Below, piece after piece: positions 30,313-39,918 of a stretch of DNA of 64,000 nt. Source of the stretch: an uncultured Caldisericales bacterium (GTDB taxonomy: Bacteria > Caldisericota > Caldisericia > JAAYUI01); the NCBI GenBank assembly GCA_964613055.1, contig CAZTGD010000008.1, forward strand, positions 70-64,069, read 5' to 3'. Within the stretch, counting starts at the first letter, position 1. Every line of letters begins with the position of its first letter. Below the pieces are notes generated by a model, which saw nothing but the letters and a program-made list of their open reading frames with translations, did not search any database and had not been told where the DNA came from. A program made the translations under genes and the position numbers.

Positions 30313-30837
30313 ATGACGATAACTGATATCGCAAAGTTATTGACTTGTTCAGAGACACTCACAGAGATGCCAAGAACCGGTTATGTTCTGGAAGGTGTCG
30401 CTGACCCAGAGCGAGTTTCTTCGCACTGTTATGGGGTTGTTCTAATCACAATGCTTTTGTCTAAACTAGTTGAGACAGTAGACGTTGAAAAGGCTCTTAA
30501 AATGGCAATTATCCATGACCTTCCCGAATCCCTGATCGGTGATCTTACTCCACATTCAAGCCATTTCATTGACAAAAAGAATGCTGAGATTCAAGCATCA
30601 AATGATGTATTTGCAAAGATTTACGATCTTGATGAATTATTCTTAGAATATATAGCTAATGAGACTGTTGAATCAAAGATTGTACATGATGCCGATAAAC
30701 TCCAAATGATGGCAAGAGTACATCGATACCGCAGACAGGGGAAGGGAGATATGGATAGATTTAAGGATGTAGAATTTTATTTCAGTGAATCAGCAGACAT
30801 ATTAAAAGAATTCAAACGACTTGACGGTTACTGTTAG
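30313..30837 (+). CDS. HD-domain phosphohydrolase (YfbR-like 5'-deoxynucleotidase family)
   Basis: H…HD…D metal motif (…SSHCYGV…AIIHDLPESLIGDLTPHS…DADKL…), 174 aa. Confidence 0.75.
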   Translation: MTITDIAKLLTCSETLTEMPRTGYVLEGVADPERVSSHCYGVVLITMLLSKLVETVDVEKALKMAIIHDLPESLIGDLTPHSSHFIDKKNAEIQASNDVFAKIYDLDELFLEYIANETVESKIVHDADKLQMMARVHRYRRQGKGDMDRFKDVEFYFSESADILKEFKRLDGYC

Positions 30838-30855
30838 TTTTATTACTATCCATAT

Positions 30856-32376
30856 ATGTTTTCCAGTGTTGAGAGTGTTACATTAGAGGGATTGAACCCA
30901 CTTCCGCTTACAGTTGAACTTGACATAACTGGGCATGCATTACCCTCTTTCACAATTGTCGGTCTACCAGATGCCGCTGTTACTGAGGCTCGAGAGAGGG
31001 TTAGATCAGCAATAAAAAACAGTGATTTTTCATTCCCAATTAAAAGAATAACCGCAAATCTTGCTCCAGCAGATCTAAAAAAGGAGGGATCAGGTTTTGA
31101 CCTTCCCATATCTCTGGGCATACTATCTGCTACAGAACAGATTCCAAGAAAGTCATTGGAAAACCTTGTTGTATTAGGAGAATTGTCGTTGGATGGAGCT
31201 ACTCGAAGGGTGCCAGGTGTTTTACCGATAGCCATTGCTTTGTCTGGGACAAACAAAACCCTTGTTATCCCAGAAGAGAACCTACCAGAAGCATGCATGT
31301 TTGACCTTGATGTAATCGGTGTGAAAGATCTTAGACAGATCGTTAACCACCTCAGAGAAGAAAATCCAATACAACCAGTCAGAAACAAACAGATAGACAT
31401 CAATGATTCAATGACCAATGTTCCATACGACATGTCTGAAGTGAAAGGCAATTCACAAGCAAAGAGGGCTTTTGAGATATCTGCCTGTGGTGGTCACAAC
31501 GTTTTAATGGTTGGACCACCAGGCTCAGGTAAAACGATGCTTGCAAAACGATTACCCACAATCATGCCACCCCTTACATTGGGTGAGGCAATGGAGATAA
31601 GCCAGATATATTCGATTACAGGTTTGCTATCTCCTTCAGAAGGTCTCATAACTGTTCGACCATTTCGATCCCCTCACCACACGGCTTCACCTTCGTCAAT
31701 TATTGGAGGTGGACAATCACCTAAACCTGGAGAGATAAGCCTTTCTCATGGTGGAGTTCTGTTCCTTGATGAATTGCCTGAATTTAGAAGGGATGTTTTG
31801 GAGGTATTGAGACAACCGATGGAGGAAGGTGAAGTAACTATTGCTCGTGTTCGAAAGACGATCACCTACCCTTCAAGATTTCTCTTAGTTGGGGCTATGA
31901 ATCCTTGTCCATGCGGTTTCTTTGGAGACAGGACAAAACCATGTGTATGCAGTCAATCACAGATCAGACGATATCAATCAAGGATATCAGGCCCTCTGCT
32001 TGACAGATTTGATATCTATTTGAGTATAACAAGGTTGACACCAACAGAACTCGCAAGAGCAAAGCCCGGTGAATCAAGTGATTCTATAAGAAAGCGAGTT
32101 ATTGCAGGTAGAGAGAAACAACTAAAAAGATACAGGCAAGAGAACATTTATTGCAACTCACAACTTACAACAAAACAGATTAGAAGATACTGCGAGTTAG
32201 GAAAAGATGAATCAAGTTTCCTCAAGTTTGCCTCAGAAAGAATGTCTCTAACAGCCAGGGGTTATGACAGAGTTCTAAAGGTATCAAGGACCATAGCAGA
32301 CTTGGATGGATCAGACAGAATCTCATCGGCTCATCTTGCTGAAGCGGTACAGTACAGAGAGAATCTTCTGATATGA
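30856..32376 (+). CDS. yifB: YifB/ComM family Mg-chelatase-like AAA+ ATPase
   Basis: N-terminal Lon-protease-like domain (…LVGLPDAAVTEARERVRSAI…), a GPPGSGKT Walker A, and a C-terminal ChlI-like region. 506 aa. Confidence 0.9.
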   Translation: MFSSVESVTLEGLNPLPLTVELDITGHALPSFTIVGLPDAAVTEARERVRSAIKNSDFSFPIKRITANLAPADLKKEGSGFDLPISLGILSATEQIPRKSLENLVVLGELSLDGATRRVPGVLPIAIALSGTNKTLVIPEENLPEACMFDLDVIGVKDLRQIVNHLREENPIQPVRNKQIDINDSMTNVPYDMSEVKGNSQAKRAFEISACGGHNVLMVGPPGSGKTMLAKRLPTIMPPLTLGEAMEISQIYSITGLLSPSEGLITVRPFRSPHHTASPSSIIGGGQSPKPGEISLSHGGVLFLDELPEFRRDVLEVLRQPMEEGEVTIARVRKTITYPSRFLLVGAMNPCPCGFFGDRTKPCVCSQSQIRRYQSRISGPLLDRFDIYLSITRLTPTELARAKPGESSDSIRKRVIAGREKQLKRYRQENIYCNSQLTTKQIRRYCELGKDESSFLKFASERMSLTARGYDRVLKVSRTIADLDGSDRISSAHLAEAVQYRENLLI

Positions 32377-33314
32377 AAATAATATTCATTGGTTCTGGTA
32401 ATTTTTCAGTTCCCATACTCAAGGCGTTATCTAAAGAATATCACATATGTTTGTGTATTACACACCCAGATAAACGAGTTGGAAGGGGCAAGAAGATAGT
32501 CAGATCAGACATTGGAATCGTCAGTGATGAGTTAGGGATCATGTGTTATTCACCTACTACTGTAAACAGTACTGAATCTATTGAAATAATGGAAGAAATG
32601 AAAGCTGATATTGCTGTGCTTGCATCCTTTTCTGAAATTTTGAACACTGACGTAATCAATGTACTTAGATTCGGAATAATCAACGTTCATCCATCACTTC
32701 TACCCAAATATAGGGGTGCTGAACCTATCCGATGGGCTATTAGAAGGGGTGAGACAGTAACGGGTGTATCTATTATGGAACTGTCAAAGGAGCTTGATAG
32801 GGGAAATGTCTTGTATCAGGAACCAATCTCCATTCAACCACAGGATGATGAGGGAACCTTGCGTCATCGATTAGTTAATTTATCTATAGATATGCTTCCA
32901 AAGGCGATCACCGAGTATAGAAAAGGTTATCGGGGTACACCACAGCGAACAGATAGAACATTCTATGCAAGGAGAATGAAGAAATCTGATGAGATAATTC
33001 ACTGGGAATGGTCCGCACAAAAAGTAGATAGACACATAAGATCAATGTCTCCAAAACCTGGTTGTTATACCATACATAAGGGAAAGAGAATCAAACTGTT
33101 TGAACCTACAATAATTAATACATGTTATTCATTTCACCAACCAGGAGAGATCATTGAATCAAAGAAATCTTTTGTAGTATCATGTGGTATTGGGATGCTT
33201 TCTTTCGACTCAATTCAAAGGGAAGGTAAACGAAAGATACCAGTTGGTGATTTTCTAATGACAGGATTTGTAAACCAAGGTGATATCCTTGGTGAAGTTG
33301 ACTTTACAGATTGA
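32373..33314 (+). CDS. fmt: methionyl-tRNA formyltransferase
   Basis: Formyl_trans_N (…NVHPSLLPKYRGAEPIRWAI…) plus a C-terminal domain. ATGA overlap with yifB. Confidence 0.9.
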   Translation: MKIIFIGSGNFSVPILKALSKEYHICLCITHPDKRVGRGKKIVRSDIGIVSDELGIMCYSPTTVNSTESIEIMEEMKADIAVLASFSEILNTDVINVLRFGIINVHPSLLPKYRGAEPIRWAIRRGETVTGVSIMELSKELDRGNVLYQEPISIQPQDDEGTLRHRLVNLSIDMLPKAITEYRKGYRGTPQRTDRTFYARRMKKSDEIIHWEWSAQKVDRHIRSMSPKPGCYTIHKGKRIKLFEPTIINTCYSFHQPGEIIESKKSFVVSCGIGMLSFDSIQREGKRKIPVGDFLMTGFVNQGDILGEVDFTD

Positions 33315-33333
33315 AAAGGTTACAATTAACGCA

Positions 33334-34089
33334 ATGAAATTTGGAATAATGTCCGATATACACGCTAATTTGTCAGCCTTCAACGCAGTATTTGATTGTC
33401 TTGATTCAGCGAGAGTTGATGAAATAATATCATGCGGTGATATTGTAGGTTACAATGCAGATCCAGACGAATGTTTGGATTCCATTGTTAATCTTGGAAT
33501 TAGAAGTGTTATGGGCAACCATGACAAAGCTCTTATTGATCCATCAGAAGAGAAGTACTTTAACCAGTATGGATTAACTGCAATAAGATGGCAAAGGTCT
33601 CAAATTAAACCATCAAATCAAAAGTACCTAAGCGAATTGCCACCAAGATTAACAATTCCATGTCCAAATTCTCATACAGATTTCCAAATTGCACATGGTA
33701 GCCTTGATCCAGCCGCCCCCTTTGAGTACATATCTTCACCCATTGAAGCGTTAAGGATGTCCGAGATAATGACGGGTAATCTAGTTTTCATTGGTCACTC
33801 ACACATAGCAGGCATATTTATTATTGACAATGAAGGTGATGTTGAGTATCTAAGAGCGTCTCATGGCCTAGAACTACACATTGAACCCGGATATAAGTAT
33901 ATTGTGAATGTTGGATCTGTTGGTCAGCCAAGGGATAGAAATCCCCAATCTTCATACTCTATATACGATACTGACAGTTCAACCATTCAAATTCACAGGG
34001 TTGACTATGATGTGAGTCATGCTGTTAAACGGATAACAGAGGTCGGCCTTCCACTGTTCTTAGCCGATCGATTGAGAATCGGCTGGTAA
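33334..34089 (+). CDS. calcineurin-like metallophosphoesterase
   Basis: MSDIHAN…GDIVGY…GNHD…GHSH motifs. The ATG at 33334 lies after the fmt stop (the track ORF starts at 33280). Confidence 0.8.
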   Translation: MKFGIMSDIHANLSAFNAVFDCLDSARVDEIISCGDIVGYNADPDECLDSIVNLGIRSVMGNHDKALIDPSEEKYFNQYGLTAIRWQRSQIKPSNQKYLSELPPRLTIPCPNSHTDFQIAHGSLDPAAPFEYISSPIEALRMSEIMTGNLVFIGHSHIAGIFIIDNEGDVEYLRASHGLELHIEPGYKYIVNVGSVGQPRDRNPQSSYSIYDTDSSTIQIHRVDYDVSHAVKRITEVGLPLFLADRLRIGW

Positions 34090-34155
34090 AGTTCTTTAAA
34101 CTGATTGATGTAACCTATTGACATCTCGAGTTGTCATATGTATACTGGGCGTGCG

Positions 34156-34995
34156 ATGAGAAGATTTGTGTTGTCGATAATAGCGTTGTGCCTAGTTGGT
34201 ATTACTCTGCCGGTGTTTGCTGTACCCCAGTATACAACACTTCAGCAAGCAAACGCAAGACAAGCTATCCTGACTATTGGCTCTAATACTGCTATTGTTG
34301 ATGATTATGAAGTAATACTTGACACTCCCCCAATGATTATTTCAGGCAGAACAATCGTTCCATTGAGATTCATACAGGAACAGCTTATGCCAAATTGTTG
34401 TTTTCTTAATTGGGATAGGGATACTCGACAAATAACAATCGGAAACATCCCCGTTAATTCGCTTGACTGCGAGTATGTATACGATCTTGTTAATGAACGA
34501 GATAGCTTGGCTGAAGAAAATGAACGTCTCAAACAGGTTATTGATGAATTAAAAAGGGAAAATGAACCCTTGCCAGAAGAGGATCTGATACCACCAATTG
34601 AATACAATAAGAATGGTATCGAATTTACACTCAAATCGGTGACCAAAGAGAGAGGACCAATTGATGATGGTGAAAGATCCTACTACCTCAGGTTAAACGT
34701 CAAAATCAAGAATAATCACTCTCAAAGCAGTTGCAGATTCCCAGCCAGTCTTACAAAGATGGTAGTAGAGGGTGATGAATACGGGCAGACTGATTATGAT
34801 AAAACATATAGAAACTCGATTCCAGCCGGCGGCGAGATGTCTGGATGGATAAGATTTCCTTTAATCACATCACAAAAAACCGTATCATTCAAATTTGTAA
34901 TGTGGCCATCAGACACAATCAATCATTTTGATTTCTTTATGAAGGTTGATTTAGGCGAGGCCATACCAAACTCAATACATCACCTACCGAAGTAG
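34156..34995 (+). CDS. secreted protein with a copper-amine-oxidase-like N-terminal (stalk) domain, a coiled-coil linker and a C-terminal DUF4352-like beta domain. Probably leaderless mRNA.
   Basis: The signal peptide MRRFVLSIIALCLVGITLPVFA begins at the second Met (34156). TTGACA at 34118-34123, a 17-nt spacer and TATACT at 34141-34146 place the -10 over the first ATG (34138). The stalk-domain motif is …ISGRTIVPLRFIQEQL…. Confidence 0.5.
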   Translation: MRRFVLSIIALCLVGITLPVFAVPQYTTLQQANARQAILTIGSNTAIVDDYEVILDTPPMIISGRTIVPLRFIQEQLMPNCCFLNWDRDTRQITIGNIPVNSLDCEYVYDLVNERDSLAEENERLKQVIDELKRENEPLPEEDLIPPIEYNKNGIEFTLKSVTKERGPIDDGERSYYLRLNVKIKNNHSQSSCRFPASLTKMVVEGDEYGQTDYDKTYRNSIPAGGEMSGWIRFPLITSQKTVSFKFVMWPSDTINHFDFFMKVDLGEAIPNSIHHLPK

Positions 34996-36307
34996 CTTTT
35001 ACAATCTTTGCGTCACCACATTCAAAACCACCTAACTTTTGCTCCGGCGTAATAAGTGTTTCTTGACCCAATTTAATAAGCTCTCTAAGCTTCATCCCCA
35101 GCTTTGAAACTTGCCTTATCTCACCAGTAAGACCTATTTCTCCAGCGAATGCAACCCCTTTCGGTACAGTTTTGTTGAGGAATGATGACACGATAGCTAC
35201 AGCGATTGGTAGATCAATAGAAGGTTCATCAGAGCTGATGCCTCCAACGACATTTACAAATACATCATGTTTTCCAATGGGAAGATTGCATCGTTTTTCA
35301 ATCACCGCCAGAATCATCATTACTCGGTTTGCATTACATCCAGTAACTACTCTCCTAGGATTTGGAAAGTAAGTTGGAGACAGCAATGCCTGCACTTCTA
35401 AAGCAAGCAGTCTGTTTCCCATTGACACAGCAGTGGTAGCGACTCCAGGTCTTGGTTCAATGCTTAGCAGTTGATTGTTGTCTGCCGGTATGAGTCCTTG
35501 CTCTGTCATCTCCATAATACCTATCTCATTGGTAGGTCCAAAACGATTTTTTACTCCAACTAATATCCTCATTGTAGAGTATTTATCTCCATTAAGGTAT
35601 GAAACCGCATCAACAAGATGCTCAAGGGTCTTTGGTCCGGCAATGGTGCCTTCTTTGGTAACGTGTCCAATCAAAAAGGTAGTAATACTAGATTTCTTTG
35701 CTAATTCAACTATTCTTCTTGTTGCCTCTCGAACTATAGAAGGACTGCCTGGAATGCCCTCACCTATTGTCAATATTTGGACAGAGTCTATGAAGAGTAT
35801 TTCAGGTTTTGATTCAGCGACCATATCAATTATCAGTTCAAGATCTGTTTCAAATGCAAGCTCAATATTGTTCCCCGTTGTCCCCAAACGATTTGCTCTC
35901 ATGGATACCTGAGAAGGTGATTCTTCACCAGAGATGTAGAGTGATTTCATTCCTTTCTTTGAGAAAGAGTTTGCAACCTCCAGCATGAGTGTTGATTTTC
36001 CAACACCTGGTTCTCCTCCAATCAGATTTACAGAACCTCGTGTAATTCCACCGCCAAACACCCTGTCAAATTCCTGCAAACCTAGTGTTATTCTATCCTC
36101 TCCAGACTTGAATGCCCATTCTTTTATAGACATTCTCGTTGAAGAATTGAATACTTTCTTTCCTTTTGTATTCGATATCACTTCTTTAAATGTATTCCAC
36201 TCATTGCAGTTTGGACATCTACCCATGTATTTACCGGTTGTGTATCCACAATTTTCACATTCAAACATTGACTTATTTTTTGACATCATTTTCATTCTAC
36301 TAGGCAA
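34937..36307 (-). CDS. radA: DNA repair protein RadA (Sms)
   Basis: N-terminal C4 zinc finger (CENCGYTTGKYMGRCPNCNEW), a RecA-like ATPase (GGEPGVGKST), a KNRFG motif and a C-terminal Lon-like domain. Confidence 0.95.
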   Translation of the reverse strand: MPSRMKMMSKNKSMFECENCGYTTGKYMGRCPNCNEWNTFKEVISNTKGKKVFNSSTRMSIKEWAFKSGEDRITLGLQEFDRVFGGGITRGSVNLIGGEPGVGKSTLMLEVANSFSKKGMKSLYISGEESPSQVSMRANRLGTTGNNIELAFETDLELIIDMVAESKPEILFIDSVQILTIGEGIPGSPSIVREATRRIVELAKKSSITTFLIGHVTKEGTIAGPKTLEHLVDAVSYLNGDKYSTMRILVGVKNRFGPTNEIGIMEMTEQGLIPADNNQLLSIEPRPGVATTAVSMGNRLLALEVQALLSPTYFPNPRRVVTGCNANRVMMILAVIEKRCNLPIGKHDVFVNVVGGISSDEPSIDLPIAVAIVSSFLNKTVPKGVAFAGEIGLTGEIRQVSKLGMKLRELIKLGQETLITPEQKLGGFECGDAKIVKATSVGDVLSLVWPRLNQPS

Positions 36308-36314
36308 TTATAAG

Positions 36315-36343
36315 TTGACAAGAATCTGTTTGAGATGTAAATA
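36315..36343 (+). promoter_or_regulatory. sigma70-like promoter upstream of the cobalamin riboswitch (-35 TTGACA, 17-nt spacer, -10 TAAATA)
   Basis: TTGACA at 36315-36320 and TAAATA at 36338-36343. The riboswitch aptamer begins ~10 nt downstream. Confidence 0.4.
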
Positions 36344-36351
36344 CTAGTTAC

Positions 36352-36480
36352 TGGATGAAGGGAAATCGGTGAAAACCCGATGCGGTCCCGCCACTGTAAG
36401 CGGTTGTTCGGATCGAAGTCACTGGCATCGCTGGGAAGGCTCGGTTCATACTCTGCTAAACCGTAAGCCAGGATACCTCT
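36352..36480 (+). ncRNA. cobalamin (B12) riboswitch
   Basis: Contains the conserved B12-element blocks GGGAAATCGGTGAAAACCCGATGCGGTCCCGCCACTGTAA (including the B12 box GCCACTG), …CTGGGAAGGC… and a 3' …AGCCAGGATACCTC…. The expression platform overlaps the GAGGAGGG RBS of the downstream btuF. Confidence 0.8.
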
Positions 36481-36507
36481 CCAGATGAATATCCCGAGGA
36501 GGGTAAA

Positions 36508-37362
36508 ATGAAGAAAATAGCTTCATTTCTTGTAGTGCTGATAGTTGTTATTTCGATAGTATCTTGTGGGATAAACGATGTTGTCACAGATGACCTAGGT
36601 AACCCAGTAGTGTTGAACAAATCACCAGAGAGGATTGTTTCACTTACACCGAATATCACAGAGATACTTTTTTATCTTGGTCTTGGAGACAGGATTGTCG
36701 GCAGAACTGCTTATTGTGACTATCCACCAAAAGCAAGTGATATTCAATCAATAGGCGATATCATGAACCTCTCTATTGAGTCAATTGTTGAATTAGAGCC
36801 AGATCTCGTCTTGATTAACCGGATGGTACCTATGGAGATTATAGACCAATTAAAAAGTATATCTTTAAAAAAGATCAATGTAGCGGCTTTTGATCCTTCT
36901 TCAATTATTGGTGTTATTTCAACCATTGACAGGATTGCCAAGATATGTGGTGTAGAGTCGAATTCAAATAAGCTGTTGAATCAGATGAAAGATTTAAAAA
37001 GAGAACAATCATCAAAACTCATTTATTTTGAGATATGGGGAGATCCTCCTACAACATTTGGTAAGGATACTTTTGGAGCGGATATAATTAGATGGTCTGG
37101 ATCAAGTAACCTTGGTGACCAAATTGAAGGTGATTACCCAACAACAACTCATGAATCAATAATCAGCATGAATCCAGACTACATAATAATTCCTGAATCA
37201 TATGATTTCACACCAAGCGATATCTCTAGAAGACCTGGTTACACAGAGATAAAAGCAGTCAAAGAAGGGAATATCAAAACTATCGATGGAGATGTAATAA
37301 TGCGTCCTGGCCCCAGGATGGTTGAAGCATTATCCACATTGATAGAAATCATTGAGCATTGA
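36508..37362 (+). CDS. btuF: ABC transporter periplasmic-binding lipoprotein, BtuF/FhuD class (cobalamin or Fe-siderophore type)
   Basis: Lipoprotein signal with lipobox IVSC, a class III PBP fold (…RIVSLTPNITEILFYLGLGDRIVG…), under the B12 riboswitch. Confidence 0.75.
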   Translation: MKKIASFLVVLIVVISIVSCGINDVVTDDLGNPVVLNKSPERIVSLTPNITEILFYLGLGDRIVGRTAYCDYPPKASDIQSIGDIMNLSIESIVELEPDLVLINRMVPMEIIDQLKSISLKKINVAAFDPSSIIGVISTIDRIAKICGVESNSNKLLNQMKDLKREQSSKLIYFEIWGDPPTTFGKDTFGADIIRWSGSSNLGDQIEGDYPTTTHESIISMNPDYIIIPESYDFTPSDISRRPGYTEIKAVKEGNIKTIDGDVIMRPGPRMVEALSTLIEIIEH

Positions 37363-38360
37363 AAAAATACCAGCTATACATATTTCTTTGTTTAGGTGTT
37401 GTCATTACATTTGTTCTTGGATTGTTGTTTGGTACATCCTCAATGACTGTAACCGATTCTCTAAAAGCCTTGCTTGCAGGTGTTGGCGTGAGTACGGCAA
37501 AGAGCACAGAGATAACAATAGTGTACTCGATTAGGTTACCCGGAGTACTGGTGGCGATGCTTTCCGGTAGTGCTCTTGGATTCGCTGGATGGCTGTCACA
37601 AACACTTTTCAGAAACAACCTTGCTGACCCATACATAGCAGGCATAGGTTCAGGAGCGGTGTTTGGTGTGAACCTGACACTTCTTTTGGGTCTTCAAATA
37701 AGCCTTCTCGGTCTTTCTGCGATATCAATCTCAGCGTTTGTTGGGGCTTTGATCTCCTGTTTTATCATCTGGGCGGTGGCAGGAAAAACTGGAAGCACTA
37801 GCACCTCTCTTGTGCTGGCTGGGATTGCCCTGTCATTTGTATTCGGTGGTGTTAATCATCTCATTGTTATGTATGGAAGGGACATACTTTCCAGGGTAGT
37901 TTTCTGGAGTTGGAATGGTTTGTCGAGTGCTGGTTTCAACAGTGTTATACTGTTGATCGTAGTGATGATTATATGCGTGTTAGCACTTCCACTTATATTC
38001 AATAACATTGACGCTTATATACTTGGAGATGAACAATCGACTTATCTTGGTGTTGATCCAAAGAAAACACGCAGAGTTCTTTTCCTTTTGGTCTCACTAT
38101 TAACAGGTACTTCCGTTGCAACGGCGGGATTGCTTGGATTTGTGGGATTGATAATTCCTCATATGTCCAGGAAACTGCTCGGAGCAGATTCGCGAAGTAT
38201 GTTGCCAGGTACTATCTTACTGGGCAGTATTGTTTTAGGTCTTGCCTATACTGTAGGAAGGGCTATTATCCCACATCAACAGATTCCAGCATCTGTTATC
38301 ATGAGCATCCTTGGAGGTGCTTTCTTCATGTGGCTAGTAGTCAGGAGACCAACGTGGTAA
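37359..38360 (+). CDS. btuC: FecCD-family ABC permease (BtuC-like)
   Basis: 333 aa, ~9 TM helices, with the FecCD motif region …LLGFVGLIIPHMSRKLLGADSR…. TTG start overlapping the btuF stop. Confidence 0.8.
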   Translation: MKKYQLYIFLCLGVVITFVLGLLFGTSSMTVTDSLKALLAGVGVSTAKSTEITIVYSIRLPGVLVAMLSGSALGFAGWLSQTLFRNNLADPYIAGIGSGAVFGVNLTLLLGLQISLLGLSAISISAFVGALISCFIIWAVAGKTGSTSTSLVLAGIALSFVFGGVNHLIVMYGRDILSRVVFWSWNGLSSAGFNSVILLIVVMIICVLALPLIFNNIDAYILGDEQSTYLGVDPKKTRRVLFLLVSLLTGTSVATAGLLGFVGLIIPHMSRKLLGADSRSMLPGTILLGSIVLGLAYTVGRAIIPHQQIPASVIMSILGGAFFMWLVVRRPTW

Positions 38361-39043
38361 GGATAGATCATCTGGTCGCGGGTTACAGTAATGATATCGT
38401 GTTAAACGATGTATCCTTCAGTGTGCCTGACGGTAAGCTGTATGGTGTTATTGGACCGAATGGTGCTGGGAAAACAACACTTGTGAGATCTTTTTTTGGC
38501 ATAAGCAGAGTATTTACTGGATCGATATTTGTTGATGATTTGAATATTCTAGGATTGACCATTGAAAAAATATCATCTCTAGTTGCTGTTCAAAGGTCAG
38601 TGAAAACACTCGATGTACAGTTAAGCGTCATGGATTATTTGAAAGCTGGTAAATATAGAGTACGCAACAATGATCTTAAAAAGATCATCGAAGAATACAA
38701 GCTTGAGCCTATTGTATACAAACCAATATTCAATCTTTCTGATGGGCAAATGCAACGAGTTAATCTCGCACAAGCTGTTGTCCGCAATCCAAGAGTATTC
38801 TTACTCGATGAGCCTACGGCTCATCTTGACTTGAAGTATCGCTATCAACTCCTTGCAGGTATCAAAGAAAGGTTGAATGATACGAAGTGCGCCATAGCTA
38901 TAATCCATGATCTTGATCTTGTAAGTGAATTTTGTGACAGAGTTGTTTTAATGAGTAATGGAAAGATTGAAAGCATCGAATCAGTAGATGTTCTTGATGA
39001 TAAGGAAAGAATCTATTCATTGTTTGGACTTGAAACAACATAA
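38354..39043 (+). CDS. btuD: ABC transporter ATP-binding protein (BtuD-like) with a variant LSDGQ signature
   Basis: Walker A GPNGAGKTT, signature LSDGQMQRVNLAQAV, Walker B FLLDEPT, H-loop IIHDL. The GTG at 38354 has an AGGAGA RBS; an alternative GTG at 38330 is used by the track ORF. Confidence 0.75.
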   Translation: MVRIDHLVAGYSNDIVLNDVSFSVPDGKLYGVIGPNGAGKTTLVRSFFGISRVFTGSIFVDDLNILGLTIEKISSLVAVQRSVKTLDVQLSVMDYLKAGKYRVRNNDLKKIIEEYKLEPIVYKPIFNLSDGQMQRVNLAQAVVRNPRVFLLDEPTAHLDLKYRYQLLAGIKERLNDTKCAIAIIHDLDLVSEFCDRVVLMSNGKIESIESVDVLDDKERIYSLFGLETT

Positions 39044-39054
39044 AAATTTGTTAT

Positions 39055-39250
39055 CTTATCAGGCAGGCCTTCGGGGTTGGGTGTAACTCCCGAACCGGCG
39101 GTGATAGTCCGCGAGCGCAATGATGCGTTGATCAGGTGAAATCCCTGAACCGACGGTGATAGTCCGGATGGTAGAAGGTGTGGCAGTATACTTTATTGTT
39201 ATATCCTATACTGTCCCTTTCCGTATATTACTCCCGATGGCGGAAAGGAA
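39055..39250 (+). ncRNA. FMN riboswitch (RFN element) with an SD-sequestering hairpin
   Basis: …CCTTCGGGGTTGGGTGTAACTCCCGAACCGGCGGTGATAGTCCGCGAGC…CCGACGGTGATAGTCCGGATGGTAGAAGG matches the RFN consensus (compare B. subtilis ribD …TTCGGGGCAGGGTGAAATTCCCGACCGGCGGTAGTAAAGCAC…CCGACAGTGAAAGTCTGGATGGGAGAAGG). Downstream, the helix CCTTTCCG (39216-39223) / CGGAAAGG (39241-39248) occludes the GGAAAGGAAG RBS of ribU. Confidence 0.8.
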
Positions 39251-39257
39251 GTTTTAT

Positions 39258-39848
39258 ATGGGTACTATGAGAAATGTTCGTAATCTTGTCATAGTTTCGA
39301 TGTTATCAGCGCTTGCATATGTTGGCATGTTTATCCAAGTAAGTTTCTGGTTAGCTCCATTCCTTAAATTTGATCTCTCAGATATTTTCTGTCTTCTGGG
39401 TAGCATAATTTTCGGACCGTGGATTGGATTGTTAGTTGTATTCATTAAAGATGTATTGCATGCACTAGTTCATGGATCAGAGCCTATAGGTATGATAATG
39501 AATTTTATAGCTGTTGGCTCAATGGTTGTTGTCGCTGGTTTAATCTACAATTCTAAGCACAGAAGCGATGATAATGTAATTAAACACAGAAGATTGCTTC
39601 TGGCTCTTACTCTTGGGATATTAGTTAGAGTTATCATCATGATACCAACAAACTGGATCGTTTTTCTAACTACATTTTATGGCGATAATTTCCTAACTGC
39701 GACTAATAGTTTGAACCCAGCGGGAACAATATATATATATGTACATAATCCCATTTTTAACATAATTCAAGGTGTAATTAGTTCAGCTGCATTTATACCC
39801 CTTTACTATGTATGGAGAGATATCATTCAAAAAAATATGAATACATAA
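39258..39848 (+). CDS. ribU: ECF transporter S-component, riboflavin type (RibU-like)
   Basis: ~196-aa polytopic protein with the S-component pattern (…LVIVSMLSALAYVGMF…LSDIFCLLGSIIFGPWIGLLV…). It sits directly under the FMN riboswitch. The ATG at 39258 follows a GGAAAGGAAG RBS. Confidence 0.7.
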   Translation: MGTMRNVRNLVIVSMLSALAYVGMFIQVSFWLAPFLKFDLSDIFCLLGSIIFGPWIGLLVVFIKDVLHALVHGSEPIGMIMNFIAVGSMVVVAGLIYNSKHRSDDNVIKHRRLLLALTLGILVRVIIMIPTNWIVFLTTFYGDNFLTATNSLNPAGTIYIYVHNPIFNIIQGVISSAAFIPLYYVWRDIIQKNMNT

Positions 39849-39918
39849 CGAATTCTTTGACCTGTTTGATTATAAGCATACTTGTCTCAACTAATTTAGT
39901 GAAAAATGATTCCGATAT

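Noticed and set aside
30270-30313. Short palindrome ATGTACAT plus a T-rich stretch after atpC as an intrinsic terminator.
   Set aside because: The stem would be only 4 bp with no loop, which is not a credible hairpin. The end of the supercluster transcript is therefore undefined from sequence alone.
30846-31451. 201-aa minus-strand ORF within yifB.
   Set aside because: It is a shadow ORF opposite a conserved AAA+ ATPase gene.
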